A DNA stretch of 40,549 nt from Octopus bimaculoides (GCF_001194135.2 NC_068984.1:125092507-125133055); one strand, 5' to 3'; counted from the first letter of the stretch, positions 23,134 through 35,052 are shown. Program-made: numbers and translations. Notes: generated by a model not told the origin, from the letters alone.

Positions 23134-23178
23134 GGACCACTGATGAGGTCACAGAAGTGTGACGAAAGAACTCTGGCC
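23134..23178 (+). ncRNA. Minimal type-I hammerhead ribozyme motif
   Basis: GG(A)CCA-CTGATGA-G-GTCACA gaag TGTGAC-GAAA-GAAC-TC-TGGCC. Intact boxes, 6-bp stem II with tetraloop, stem I CCA/TGG plus GG/CC, CUC triplet. Confidence 0.7.
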
Positions 23179-23454
23179 GAAATAAGATTAAGATTAAGAT
23201 TAATGTAATATAAAGCTGAAAAAAAAAAAAAAAAAATTAACACCAAATATACAGTGCGTGTGTTTTTATTGGCTAAACTGGCAATATGACCATCCCCAAG
23301 TACAACAATATATATATATATATATATATGTATACATATATATATGTTGAGATTGATACATATAAACACTTGCAGAAAATTAGAGAGAAAGACAGATAGA
23401 TAGTCAAAGGCAGGCAGATAGACAGGCAGACATACAGGCATACATGCAAACATT

Positions 23455-23455
23455 C

Positions 23456-23486
<31 letters not shown>

Positions 23487-23588
23487 AAGTCAAATAGGCA
23501 GGCTTACAGACTGACTGACAATGCCACATATCTACCTGTCTCTATCTATCTATCTATCTATCGATATGTATGTATGTATGTGCGCATG

Positions 23589-23645
<57 letters not shown>
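23455..23645. repeat. (CAGA)n/(TATC)n/(TA)n microsatellites
   Basis: Direct inspection. Confidence 0.9.
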
Positions 23646-24158
23646 NNNNNNNNNNNNNNNNNNNNNNNNNNNNNNNNNNNNNNNNNNNNNNNNNNNNNNN
23701 NNNNNNNNNNNNNNNNNNNNNNNNNNNNNNNNNNNNNNNNNNNNNNNNNNNNNNNNNNNNNNNNNNNNNNNNNNNNNNNNNNNNNNNNNNNNNNNNNNNN
23801 NNNNNNNNNNNNNNNNNNNNNNNNNNNNNNNNNNNNNNNNNNNNNNNNNNNNNNNNNNNNNNTATACTGTAATATGTTGCCAGTACGAGTGGAATTCCAT
23901 CAGTGGTCACAAAATACACACATACACAGGCCTATATATTTTATGCACCCAATTAGAGCACATTGCTAGCAGTTTCAGTGGATTATGATAAACACGAATG
24001 GCTTCATCTCTAATACATGTATATAATCAGTATCTCGTGTGGAATTAAGTTTCGGTAGATCTAGAGAGAAGATAAAATATCTTTATTAGTTAGGTCGAGG
24101 CCGAAGCCGTACACTGCTTGCTAGTTCACACATACATACGCACAAGCAATTATTCATT

Positions 24159-24204
<46 letters not shown>

Positions 24205-24299
24205 CTCTCTCATTAAATATTAACCCATTAAAAAAGGAACTGAAAAGAAAAGGACTATACACACGCACATACACACATACATGCTTATATTCATCCACA

Positions 24300-25887
24300 C
24301 ATACATACAAACATACATACATACATCATACACGTGATGGCTGGCTCCTCGTTATCGAGTATGGCCATTGCACGAGGCTTAACTGTTAACGGTGCTGTGA
24401 TCGAATGTGACTTTTTAGCCCAGCTAAAGATCTACAAAGTCTTGGACAGAATCGGCATCTAAAACCTTTACTGGCAATAACCGGCTGTAATTGTAATTGG
24501 GCTTCATGTACCTTTGCATGTTGTTTAAGTCCTCCCGCCGAATCACACTCCCTTCCACATGCCCGACAGATATGATTAGTATGGTGTGTAGCACCACCAC
24601 CAGCGGCCTGGTAGTCAATCATCGGTCTCGCTTTATGACTACGAAGATGACACATGAGTCCAGCTTTACTGAGGGAGGGTCTTGCACAGACACTGCATGT
24701 CATCGTCATAGGAAGACCCTTACTGTCTGGAAGTGCAACAGCGATGCCCTTCCTGACATCCCTCCTTACTTTCTCATGCGCAACTCGAGATTTCTCAGAA
24801 GTAGCTGTCCCCTCATGCACAATCCTTCTCCACCTGCTACGGTCAATAGCTATGCCCCACCCCCATGTGTCAGGAGAGACGCTAGCATCTTTCAAGGAAG
24901 CCATCAGCAAGTCTTTATACCTCCTTTAGCTAGCTCTCTATAAAAGAGTTGTTTTAGCACCCTTGATACTCTCATCCTGACCAGATGACCACTCCATTTG
25001 AGCCTTTGCCTCGACACAATAGCTTCTATACTTTCACACCGAGAGCCTTCCAATATCTCAAGATCGCTGATGCGGTCTTCCCAATTAATGCCATAGATCC
25101 GTCTGAGACACATCTGATGGAAACGTTTCAGCTGTTTAAGGTGATATCGATATGTGACCCAGGTCTCGCAAACATAAAGAAGAGAAGAGAGCACACACGT
25201 CTTGTATCCTTTTATCTTTGTCTTCCTGCATATGTCTCGCCGACTCCTCAGGTGCCTTGTTAGCTTTCCGAAAGCATCGCTTGCTTTCCTAATTCTGTAT
25301 CCAAATTGCAATATCTATTAACAGTGCTTCCATGGTAGACAAACTGATCAACCATACCAAGTCGTTAGCCATACACATAGATATTTGGTTCACTATACTG
25401 CTTACCAGGGGCAGGTTGATATATGACAACAGTTTTCTTGAGACTGACTGTCAATCCTACGGCAGTGCAAGCATCAGAGAATGCATACAAAATGTGTTGC
25501 ATGTCAATCTCTGTGTGCGCTACTAGATCACAATCATTTCCATACAAAAGGTCTCTTATGATAGAGGTAAATACCTTTGTTTTTGCAGCGAAGCGCCTGA
25601 TATTAAATATGCTGCTGGAGGTTCGATTATGGATGTAAACACCATATCTGTAATTTCTGGACGCAATACAGAAAACCATCGCAAAATATATGGCAAATAG
25701 GGTTGGTGCTAGAATATCCCCGTTTCACTCCATTTTTTATTGTGATGGGCTCCGACATTTTACCTCTGACATTTACTTTACCTTCATGAAAAGACCGAAC
25801 CAAAGCAATGGCACTTTTCAGGACAACCAAGTGTATGCAGGACTTCCCACAGTACATTTCATCGCTTTGAGACCGCGACATGTTCAC
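24300..25887 (-). mobile_element. RTE-clade LINE, 5'-truncated and frameshifted (RT domain to C-terminal zinc fingers)
   Basis: Fragments VLWEVLHTLGCPEK/IALVRSFHEG, NGVKRG, DLLYGNDCDLVAHTE (decayed YADD), RIRKASDAFGKL, CVLSSLLYVCETW, FHQMCLRRIYGINWEDRIS, RLKWSGHLVRM, DRSRWRRIVHEG, then three CxxC...HxxxH fingers. Short 3' UTR followed by a TATG-type repeat. Confidence 0.93.
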
Positions 25888-25930
25888 AGAATTTTGTCAG
25901 TGAACAGGTCGCGGTTTCAAAGCGATGAAA
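25857..25930. repeat. 31-bp fold-back hairpin at the LINE 5' end
   Basis: 25857-87 vs 25900-30, 29/31 pairs, 12-nt loop. Confidence 0.9.
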
Positions 25931-26108
25931 ATATTTTGACAAATTAAATTTAAATGTTGAAGTGAATCTAACGGCTTTTGTGTGCTATTTTAAATGGCTT
26001 ATAAACACCTTCCACGCTGCAATTGTTATATATATATATTTACTTATTTATATTTCGTTTTTGGATTTGGTTTGCAAGATTTTTTATTTGAGTTCGTGTG
26101 TTTAAGCA

Positions 26109-26318
26109 TATTCTGTTGTGTTTGGGGAGAATCATTCTCTTTTGGTACCTTATAATTTAACACACTCACCGGTAAAATTTCCACTTATTTATTTTTTATT
26201 TTTTTTATTTTTTTATTCTTTAATTATTTTTTTATTTATTAATTTTTTTTTTTACCGGTGAGTGTGTTAAATTATAAGGCACCAAAAGAGAATGGCTCTC
26301 TCCAGACACAACAGAATA
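26109..26318. repeat. 69-bp inverted repeat with a T-rich spacer
   Basis: 26109-77 vs 26250-318, 64/69 identical. Confidence 0.92.
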
Positions 26319-26417
26319 TTTATTTATATATATACATATACATAAAAATACATACACATTATATATATATATATATTTATATATATACACGTAGAGAAAC
26401 ATGAGTACATACATCTA

Positions 26418-26700
26418 GGATCTATTTTAAAACGGGGGCCACATTTTTCATTAATGTTTTACGTAGTGTTTTTGGTACGGAAAGACTTTCAAACTTCGTA
26501 TACTTATCTATTTTGTGTTATAGAACAGAAAAATATTTTTGTATTCGAATTTATTTCATGTAAAAAATTGTCTTATTTCGATCATTTCAACCAATCACTG
26601 ACAAGTATTCAGTTGTTTATATTTACTCCTTTGGCTGATTAAGCGATGTAAAGCGTATTTAATCTCCATACCTTCGTTTTATTTGCTTTTTTTCATTTTA
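26418..26700 (-). mobile_element. Partial second copy of the 10129-10802 TIR element
   Basis: Reverse complement of about 10490-10802 with a roughly 45-bp internal deletion; begins GGATCTATTTTAAAACGGGGGCC. Confidence 0.85.
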
Positions 26701-26709
26701 AATTTGCTT

Positions 26710-26751
26710 TAACCCTAACCCTAACCCTACGGTTAGGGTTAGAGTTAGGGT
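26710..26751. repeat. Inverted telomere-like hexamers
   Basis: (TAACCC)3 TAC GGTTAG GGTTAG AGTTAG GGT, then a gap. Confidence 0.85.
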
Positions 26752-27332
26752 NNNNNNNNNNNNNNNNNNNNNNNNNNNNNNNNNNNNNNNNNNNNNNNNN
26801 NNNNNNNNNNNNNNNNNNNNNNNNNNNNNNNNNNNNNNNNNNNNNNNNNNNNNNNNNNNNNNNNNNNNNNNNNNNNNNNNNNNNNNNNNNNNNNNNNNNN
26901 NNNNNNNNNNNNNNNNNNNNNNNNNNNNNNNNNNNNNNNNNNNNNNNNNNNNNNNNNNNNNNNNNNNNNNNNNNNNNNNNNNNNNNNNNNNNNNNNNNNN
27001 NNNNNNNNNNNNNNNNNNNNNNNNNNNNNNNNNNNNNNNNNNNNNNNNNNNNNNNNNNNNNNNNNNNNNNNNNNNNNNNNNNNNNNNNNNNNNNNNNNNN
27101 NNNNNNNNNNNNNNNNNNNNNNNNNNNNNNNNNNNNNNNNNNNNNNNNNNNNNNNNNNNNNNNNNNNNNNNNNNNNNNNNNNNNNNNNNNNNNNNNNNNN
27201 NNNNNNNNNNNNNNNNNNNNNNNNNNNNNNNNNNNNNNNNNNNNNNNNNNNNNNNNNNNNNNNNNNNNNNNNNNNNNNNNNNNNNNNNNNNNNNNNNNNN
27301 NNNNNNNNNNNNNNNNNNNNNNNNNNNNNNNN

Positions 27333-27490
27333 TTTCGGTTGTCTTTACGTTGTGAGTTCAAATTCCGCCGAGGTCAACTTTACTCTTCGGGGTCGATGAA
27401 TTAAATGCCAGTTGCATACTGAGGTCGATCTAATCGACTGGTCCCTTCCCACCAAAATTTCAGGCGTTGTTCTTAGAGTAGAAACGAATG
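27333..27490 (+). mobile_element. SINE family A, partial (follows a gap)
   Basis: GAGTTCAAATTCCGCCGAGGTCAAC...GGGGTCGATGAATTAAATGCCAG. Confidence 0.8.
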
Positions 27491-27944
27491 TTATATCATT
27501 ACATTTTGTGTATTGTGTCCGTTCTTCCCGTCCCACCTTTTTCTTTTTTTTTTTTTTCACGAATGTGGGACACTAAAGTATGATTTGAAGGAGATTTGCT
27601 TTTATTTCAAGCAGATCGGGCGACAACTTTGAGCTTTCCTTGCTTGTGAAACACGGAAATATTAATTTATTGACATCCGGTTTCGAAGCCCAGTTTCTGA
27701 CCAGCTCAAGTTACTCTTCATGCCTCCTGTCACCAAGGTCGATAAATATCTAATTATCTGTAGATCTAAGTGGTTAAAGTAACAGCTTTAGTTATTGTTT
27801 ATCTCCCTTGAAAATTGTTAGGTTCTGTGTGCAAATAGAATATGTTTATCTTTTAATGTACAAGCCTCAATAATCCTAGCTATTATTCTAGTAATAATGA
27901 TTTCGTTGTATCATGTGAGGCTTATTATGCCAATAGTGGTTTCA

Positions 27945-28525
27945 AATTTAGATATAAGGCCAGCAAATTCAGGTGAGGGAGAAAGCCAATTGCATCGACC
28001 CTAGCGTCCAACTGGTACTTATTTTATCGACCCAGAAAGGATAAAAGGCAAAGTCGACCTGGGCGGAATTTGAACTCAGACCGTAAGTTTGGTTAATCGT
28101 TTGGTCAATCGATCAACCAAGTTTGTCGAAGTCCTCTCGTCGCCATCCACGACCTCAGCAATGACTTCATCATAGACAGATCTGAAACAGACCTGGAGTA
28201 CAGAAGGCATGTTATTGATGAGGTTATTGACAAATCTAGCTGACTGATTGATTGATTGATTGGGCGCTTCATTAAAGATTCGATTGGTTAATTGGGTAGA
28301 TGGTTTAGAATTTGACTACTTATAATTGACTCAAATTTTACCAAAAGGCCAGTAGTTTTTGAAGAGGGATTAAGTCAATTAAATCGACCCAGGTGATCTA
28401 CTGGTACGTATTTTGACGATCTCGAGAGGAATGAAGGTAGAGTAGAAATCTGCGAGATTTGAACTTGGGACGTAAAGAGCCGGAGAAAATACCGCCAAAA
28501 ATGTTACCCGATTCTGCCAGGTTGC
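27945..28525 (-). mobile_element. Two SINE family A copies
   Basis: About 27945-28085 and 28335-28525. Confidence 0.75.
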
Positions 28526-28947
28526 TGCCCTAAATTGACTAATAGTAATAAAAGAAGTGAAATAGAACCAGTGCGTGTGTTTTCCATTGGCATGATAACC
28601 CTCCCGAGATATCATAAAATCTGTTTCAACACACGAGTTGACATCAGGAATATTGCACACCAAAATACAAAAACGAAATATTGATTTCTTTTAATAATAA
28701 TGATAATAGTAAAAGTCACGAATACTAAATTCCGACACCGTAATTAGAAATTGTTAAACTAACGCAAATCTGTTGTCGCTAATGTTTTTAAAAGTTGTAA
28801 ACTGATTCTGATAACGTTGCTTTTAATGTCTAAGATTATATAATAATAGCTTGGCGAAATACCAGCATTATGGTACATTGAGGAAATACATATACTGAGG
28901 AATACGTACAAAAGGTATATATGTATATATACATATTCTTTTATTTT

Positions 28948-29108
28948 TTTACTTGTTCCAGTCCTTTGACTGCGACCATGCTGGAGCACTACCTTTAGTC
29001 GAGCAAATCGACCCCTGGCCTTATTTTTTGTAAGCCTAGTACTTATTCTATCGGCCTCTATTGCCGAACCGCTAAGTTACGGGGACGTAAACACACCAAA
29101 ATCAGTTG
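28948..29108 (-). mobile_element. SINE family B, 3' part (runs into a gap)
   Basis: CATGCTGGAGCAC...CTAGTACTTATTCTATCGG...GGGGACGTAAACACACC. Confidence 0.85.
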
Positions 29109-29842
29109 NNNNNNNNNNNNNNNNNNNNNNNNNNNNNNNNNNNNNNNNNNNNNNNNNNNNNNNNNNNNNNNNNNNNNNNNNNNNNNNNNNNNNNNNNNNN
29201 NNNNNNNNNNNNNNNNNNNNNNNNNNNNNNNNNNNNNNNNNNNNNNNNNNNNNNNNNNNNNNNNNNNNNNNNNNNNNNNNNNNNNNNNNNNNNNNNNNNN
29301 NNNNNNNNNNNNNNNNNNNNNNNNNNNNNNNNNNNNNNNNNNNNNNNNNNNNNNNNNNNNNNNNNNNNNNNNNNNNNNNNNNNNNNNNNNNNNNNNNNNN
29401 NNNNNNNNNNNNNNNNNNNNNNNNNNNNNNNNNNNNNNNNNNNNNNNNNNNNNNNNNNNNNNNNNNNNNNNNNNNNNNNNNNNNNNNNNNNNNNNNNNNN
29501 NNNNNNNNNNNNNNNNNNNNNNNNNNNNNNNNNNNNNNNNNNNNNNNNNNNNNNNNNNNNNNNNNNNNNNNNNNNNNNNNNNNNNNNNNNNNNNNNNNNN
29601 NNNNNNNNNNNNNNNNNNNNNNNNNNNNNNNNNNNNNNNNNNNNNNNNNNNNNNNNNNNNNNNNNNNNNNNNNNNNNNNNNNNNNNNNNNNNNNNNNNNN
29701 NNNNNNNNNNNNNNNNNNNNNNNNNNNNNNNNNNNNNNNNNNNNNNNNNNNNNNNNNNNNNNNNNNNNNNNNNNNNNNNNNNNNNNNNNNNNNNNNNNNN
29801 NNNNNNNNNNNNNNNNNNNNNNNNNNNNNNNNNNNNNNNNNN

Positions 29843-29904
<62 letters not shown>

Positions 29905-30179
29905 TAGAAAATTTCTATTTGTAAATCTTTCAACGAAAGACATTCAGTAACAGTATTCTAGAGTAAAGATTATTTACCAACATAACGTGGTAGTCCTAGT
30001 TTAGGACGAATGTTACTGTTATTTAGCCTCAGGAAACATCGTCTTCAGCTCCATACAAGTATGTGCGTATTCGTATGTGCGTATTTACGTGTGTGAGTGT
30101 GTGAGTGAGTCTACATATGCAAATAAGATGAGATGTTGCACAACTAAAATTTATTCTTAGCTTATTGCTTATACGATAT

Positions 30180-30212
<33 letters not shown>

Positions 30213-30479
30213 TTAATTTATTGTGTAAAGAAAATTCTCAATTATTTTTAGCGAAAAATCTAGTTTTACTCTTTATCTACATTTCTCAAAAGTAACAAAG
30301 GATCAAACTACAAAAAACACAAAAATGCTATGAAATGTTTACAAGAAAATATACAAAAGTAATGCAAGGGTATATTATAACTTTCTCTTTTAACTGACGG
30401 AGGTCGTTCACATTGCACACACTGGTAGAATAACTTTTACTGTTTAATAAACTTTCTTCTTAACTTCCATTGCAGGCAA

Positions 30480-30790
30480 ATATAGCGTTCTACGCTGACA
30501 TGGAGTTCTTGGCAATAGAGAATTGCAAGCTACTTTGACATCAGCAAAAAGCTACAAGTTGTTAGTGGTGATGAAATCAATGACAAAAGCATTGTGTACA
30601 GATGGATAAAGAGGTTTAAAGAAGGGGAAACGAGCATTGAAGACAAATCACGTAGTGGGATACCATCAGTTGAGACCAATCGAATCGTTAGCGAGTGGAC
30701 GAAGTTATGCGTGCGAGCAGACGAGTCACAATCCGTGAACCTGATGTACAAATAGACAATGGTCACAATGCACCACAGAAGATGGTGGAA
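30480..30790 (+). pseudogene. Mariner transposase N-terminal (HTH) remnant
   Basis: MEFLAIENCK/DISKKLQVVSGDEINDKSIVYRWIKRFKEGETSIEDKSRSGIPS...VDEVMRASRRVTIRE, with frameshifts. Confidence 0.8.
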
Positions 30791-30827
30791 GTCTGTGTGA
30801 GTTAGAGACTGTGTGCAAAATGTGTGT

Positions 30828-30864
<37 letters not shown>

Positions 30865-31194
30865 TATGCGCATAGGTATAATTATGGGTGAATGTTTTAT
30901 GTGTTTGGGGGAGGGGGGTTAGATGGGTTTATGTGTGTGTTGAAACCTCATTTTATTGATCAACAGTTCCCTTTCTCACTTGTATCTTCCTGAACTTTTA
31001 TAGCGAACATGAAAACTTTTTCTGTTTTTAATAAATATTAAGAACATTTAAATCTCTGGTAGTCTTCAGCATATTACCGCTGACGTCATTTTATTTATTT
31101 AGAGCCTGATTAGCCTTGACTGAGTACACCTAAGATCACCTTTCACAATCCCAACTGTGGCCACCTCTCTTTCTCTTTTTTTTTGATACATAGT

Positions 31195-31628
31195 GTAGGA
31201 ATGGCTGTGTGGTAAGTAGCTTGCTTACCAACCACATGGTTCCGGGTTCAGTCCCACTGCGTGGCACCTTGGGCAGGTGTCTTCTACTATAGCCTCGGGC
31301 CAAACAAAGCCTTGTGAGTGGATTTGGTAGACGGAAACTAAAAGCCCGTTGCATATATGTTTATAGGTGTGTATGTGTGTGCATATGTTTGTGTGTCTGT
31401 GTTTGTACCCCCACCATCGCTTGACAACTGATGCTGGTGTGTTTACGTCCCCGTAACTTAGCGGTTCGGAAAAGACACCGATAGAATAGGTACTAGGCTT
31501 ACAAAGAATAAGTCTTGGGGTCGATTAGCTCGACTAAAGGCGATGCTCCAGCATGGCCACAGTCAAATGACTGAAACAAGTAAAAGAGTAAAAGAGTAAA
31601 AGAGTAAAAGAGTAAAAGAGTAAAAGAG
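31195..31628 (+). mobile_element. SINE family B, full length
   Basis: Colinear with 7116-7535; tail (TAAAAGAG)6. Confidence 0.92.
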
Positions 31629-32504
31629 TGTACCTAACACTACATTATCCGTTTATAATGCTTGTTATTATTGTTGTAGATGATATCGTTGATATTTTTG
31701 ATGTTGTGGTTTAACCTCATGACCTCAATTAAGCAAATTTGACTGCCATTTCTAACTAAAACCCAAATAATGATCTGGTACAGTCTATGGATGTTCTTCA
31801 ATCCTGTTTAGTTTGAGCAAACTATTTTATGAAATGTATTGAAGCCGCGATAAACCTAACTTCCTTTCAGACAGCATGGACTTGAAAATCACATTATCCA
31901 ATGAGCAAATTCCTTCCTTTTTAAGATAAGTAGAATGTGACTTGAAGGGTATTTAGTTGTTGTTTCTAGCAGATTTGTTTCCAAGGAACACAGAAAAAGA
32001 AAATCTGGCTGAATCAAGACGCGGTTTTTTTCCGATTAGTTATCATTGGTTTGTTGTAAGTTTTATTGACGGTGCCATGACAGATGCGATGCTTAGTCTC
32101 AATGATGTGTCTCTCTCCTGGCAATTAAGTTGTTTATAGCAGATGCATTAACACAATCGGAAGAGCATCCAACAAAGCCTTTACTATGTTTGATTTACAT
32201 TCCTATATATTCTGATTTCATATAACTGTACTCTACTTTGCCTCTGATCCTTCTGAGATTGATGACTGTTAAATTCTGTAGCGCTCTAACAATACTACTG
32301 CATAGAACATGCGTTGTTGGTTGTTATTGTTGTTATTGCTTAACCCTGGGTCAGCTCTCCACTAGTAGACCTATGACAAAAGATATTACATCTGAGATAT
32401 TATTTTATATTGATCAACGTGTCCTTTTGTTGTTTTAATATTCATAGATATGAATTTTGATTCCTATTTGTAACAAATTCCTTCTGGTGGTTTTAATAAT
32501 TGGA

Positions 32505-32579
32505 TTCCGGTCATGCTGGAAAACCACTTTGAACGGTTGTCAAGCAGCAGCAAGTACGCACACATACACTCATATGTAC

Positions 32580-32614
<35 letters not shown>

Positions 32615-32763
32615 TATATGTACGATGGGCTTCTTTCAGTTTCCAGCTATCAAACTCATTCACAAGGCATTGGTTCACCTGGGACTTGAAGAGGAGATAC
32701 TTGCTCAAGGTGCCACACAGTAGGACTGAACATGCATTTCTTAACCATAGAGCCATGCCTGCT
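32505..32763 (-). mobile_element. SINE family B, degenerate
   Basis: GGGCTTCTTTCAGTTTCC...CAAGGTGCCACACAGTAGGACTGAAC. Confidence 0.7.
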
Positions 32764-32782
32764 AATGTTTTTCTCTTCTTTT

Positions 32783-33015
32783 GTTTAGCCACAGGTCAGC
32801 ACTAACAGAACAGACAAACAAATATTCGAAGGTATTCCAGCCACGACCATCCCGTTCTGTTTTCTTTTTTTTTATCTCTGTATCCAAAGAACACAGTACC
32901 AAATTATCCAATGTTCCTTTTTCTGAGATGCTGGGTTATGATTATGATTAGGGTTAGGGTTTGATGGAGATTCGTTTGCTATTCCTAGCTGATCTAGCGA
33001 CCACGTAAATGCTCA
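32783..33015 (+). repeat. Unclassified interspersed repeat
   Basis: Motif GAAGGAGATTTG.CTGCTATTTCTAGC recurs degenerate at about 27585, 32960, 33170 and (reverse complement) 37800. Confidence 0.45.
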
Positions 33016-33479
33016 CACGAGGTTTTCGCAGAGACGATCTTGAGGCTATGATGTTACCGCTGTTGTCCTAACTTAGACTTCAAATCAATCCTAATCCAAT
33101 AATCAGGCCGCAGACATTGTGTATCAAGGACTACATCAACTAGTGACCTTGTTTTTTTAAAGACGACAGAAGGAAATTTAGCTGTAATTTCTACCAAGCA
33201 GAATGACCACATTGAGGTAGTAGCTTGTAAAAATTATTATATTGTCCTTATTAATGTTCTTACAATTGCTGCTGCTGCTAATGCGGTTTATGTTGCTAGG
33301 AAACATCATACTTAGGTGTTAGTTGGATGGGGGTGAAGGACGTGGTGTTGGCATTGCGTTACCAATAACAACGCGGCATCATTTGTCATAAATACGTGTG
33401 TGTAGGTCATTCATTCTATATGTATATGTCAAATTGGTTGTCACTGAACTCACCAGCACCAACACACCAGTAGCTACAA

Positions 33480-33620
33480 TTGATGTTGCTGCTGTTGTTG
33501 CTGCTGCTGCCACTTCTCTTCCTGTTCCTCCTCCTCCTCCTCTTACTGCTATTACTACTGTTGCAGCTGCTACTCCTGCTGCTACTACTACTACCACTAC
33601 TGCTGCTGCTGCTGCTGCTG
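33480..33620. repeat. Mixed GCT/CCT/ACT trinucleotide repeat
   Basis: Direct inspection. Confidence 0.9.
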
Positions 33621-33944
33621 AATTCTTTATTTGCCAAAAATTCAGAAAACGAAACAAAACATTTTAAAGAAAAAATAACCGTTTAAGGTTGTATTTAAAT
33701 AATCAAATTCTCAAAACAGTTGGTGTTATAACGCTTTTGTTATATTTCTGTTGAAAATATTGCCTTTATCTCAGTCGATTTTGAAAATAAAGAAAAATTC
33801 AATCAAACGATTTTGCTGTAATTTAACTGAAGTTTAGAACATAGGTTGACATGAAATTTTGATGGAAGGTTTTAATTTGGATCGTTTTACATCGGGAAAT
33901 TTGTATTATGGATTTGGGGCAATCTTGGGCGGTTTTAATATTGA

Positions 33945-34312
33945 TTTCAAATTTTATTGACCCCGAAAGGATCAAAAGTAAAGTCGACCTTGGTGGAATT
34001 TGAACTCAGATTGTAAGGACGGACGAAATTCCTCTAAGCATTTTTCCCGGCGTTCGAACCACACAGCCAGCTTGCCGCCGCCTTAGGGTGGTTTTGATAT
34101 TGATTTTAAATTTTGGTTTAAGACCAGCAAGTTCCGGGGAGGAGCTAAGTCAATTTCATCGACCCCCAGTGCTCAACTGGTATGCAATTTACCGATCCTG
34201 AAAGAATGAAGGGCAAATCGACCTTCGCAGAATTTGAACTCAGATCGTAAGGATGGACGAAATTCCGCTAAGCATCTTGCTTGATTTGCTAACGACTCTG
34301 CCAGCTCGCCGG
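33945..34312 (-). mobile_element. Two SINE family A copies
   Basis: About 33945-34083 and 34105-34312. Confidence 0.85.
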
Positions 34313-34815
34313 TTTTAATATTAAAATGAATACTACGGTTTTGATATTAAAAGCAATAAACCTTCAAATTCCACTTATATAGAGTTAAAAAGATAATGTT
34401 TGATACAGTGTGTAAGTAATAGTTCCTTTGAAAACCAGCCACCCGCATATCTTAAGATGCGAACAGGGGCGTGGGGTCTCCGACCGCATCACAGCTCTCA
34501 ACTATGGCTCTCAGGAGCCAGTAGCGCTCACAGATGGCTGCAGCACGGTACTTCATTTCGAACAGCGAGAAAAATGGGTTTCAGCAAACTCGGAAGGATT
34601 ACTGTACAGGGGACATTAAACCTTAAGTGCATGAAGGACTCGAATAGCAGGTGAGCCAGAACATACAATATGGATCATGACTCCAAAGGCGTGACAGCAA
34701 GACATGTGATGCACCTAGGATGCTCTCTTGACAGAATACAGATTATAGCCAGCCCACGTGGAAACGAACAGCTCCCACCATATGCATGATTGCTCTCGTT
34801 GTAAATCATAGATCT

Positions 34816-35052
34816 GTAAGGCGCCGAGCTGGCAGAAACGTTAGCACGCCGGGCGAATAGCTTATCGGTATTTCGTCTGCCGTTACGTTCTGAGTTCAAA
34901 TTCCGCCGAAGTTGACTTTGCCTTTCATCCTTTCGGGGTCGATAAATTAAGTACCAGTTACGCACTGGGGTCGATGTTAATCGACTTAATCTCTTAGTCT
35001 GTCCTTGTTTGTCCCCTCTATGCTTAGCCCCTTGTGGGCAATAAAGAAATAA
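34816..35052 (+). mobile_element. Young full-length SINE family A with a 15-bp TSD
   Basis: GTAAATCATAGATCT at 34801-15 and 35053-67. Confidence 0.95.

Noticed and set aside
26710-26751. Telomere-telomere fusion scar
   Set aside because: Orientation is C-rich then G-rich, opposite to an end-to-end fusion.
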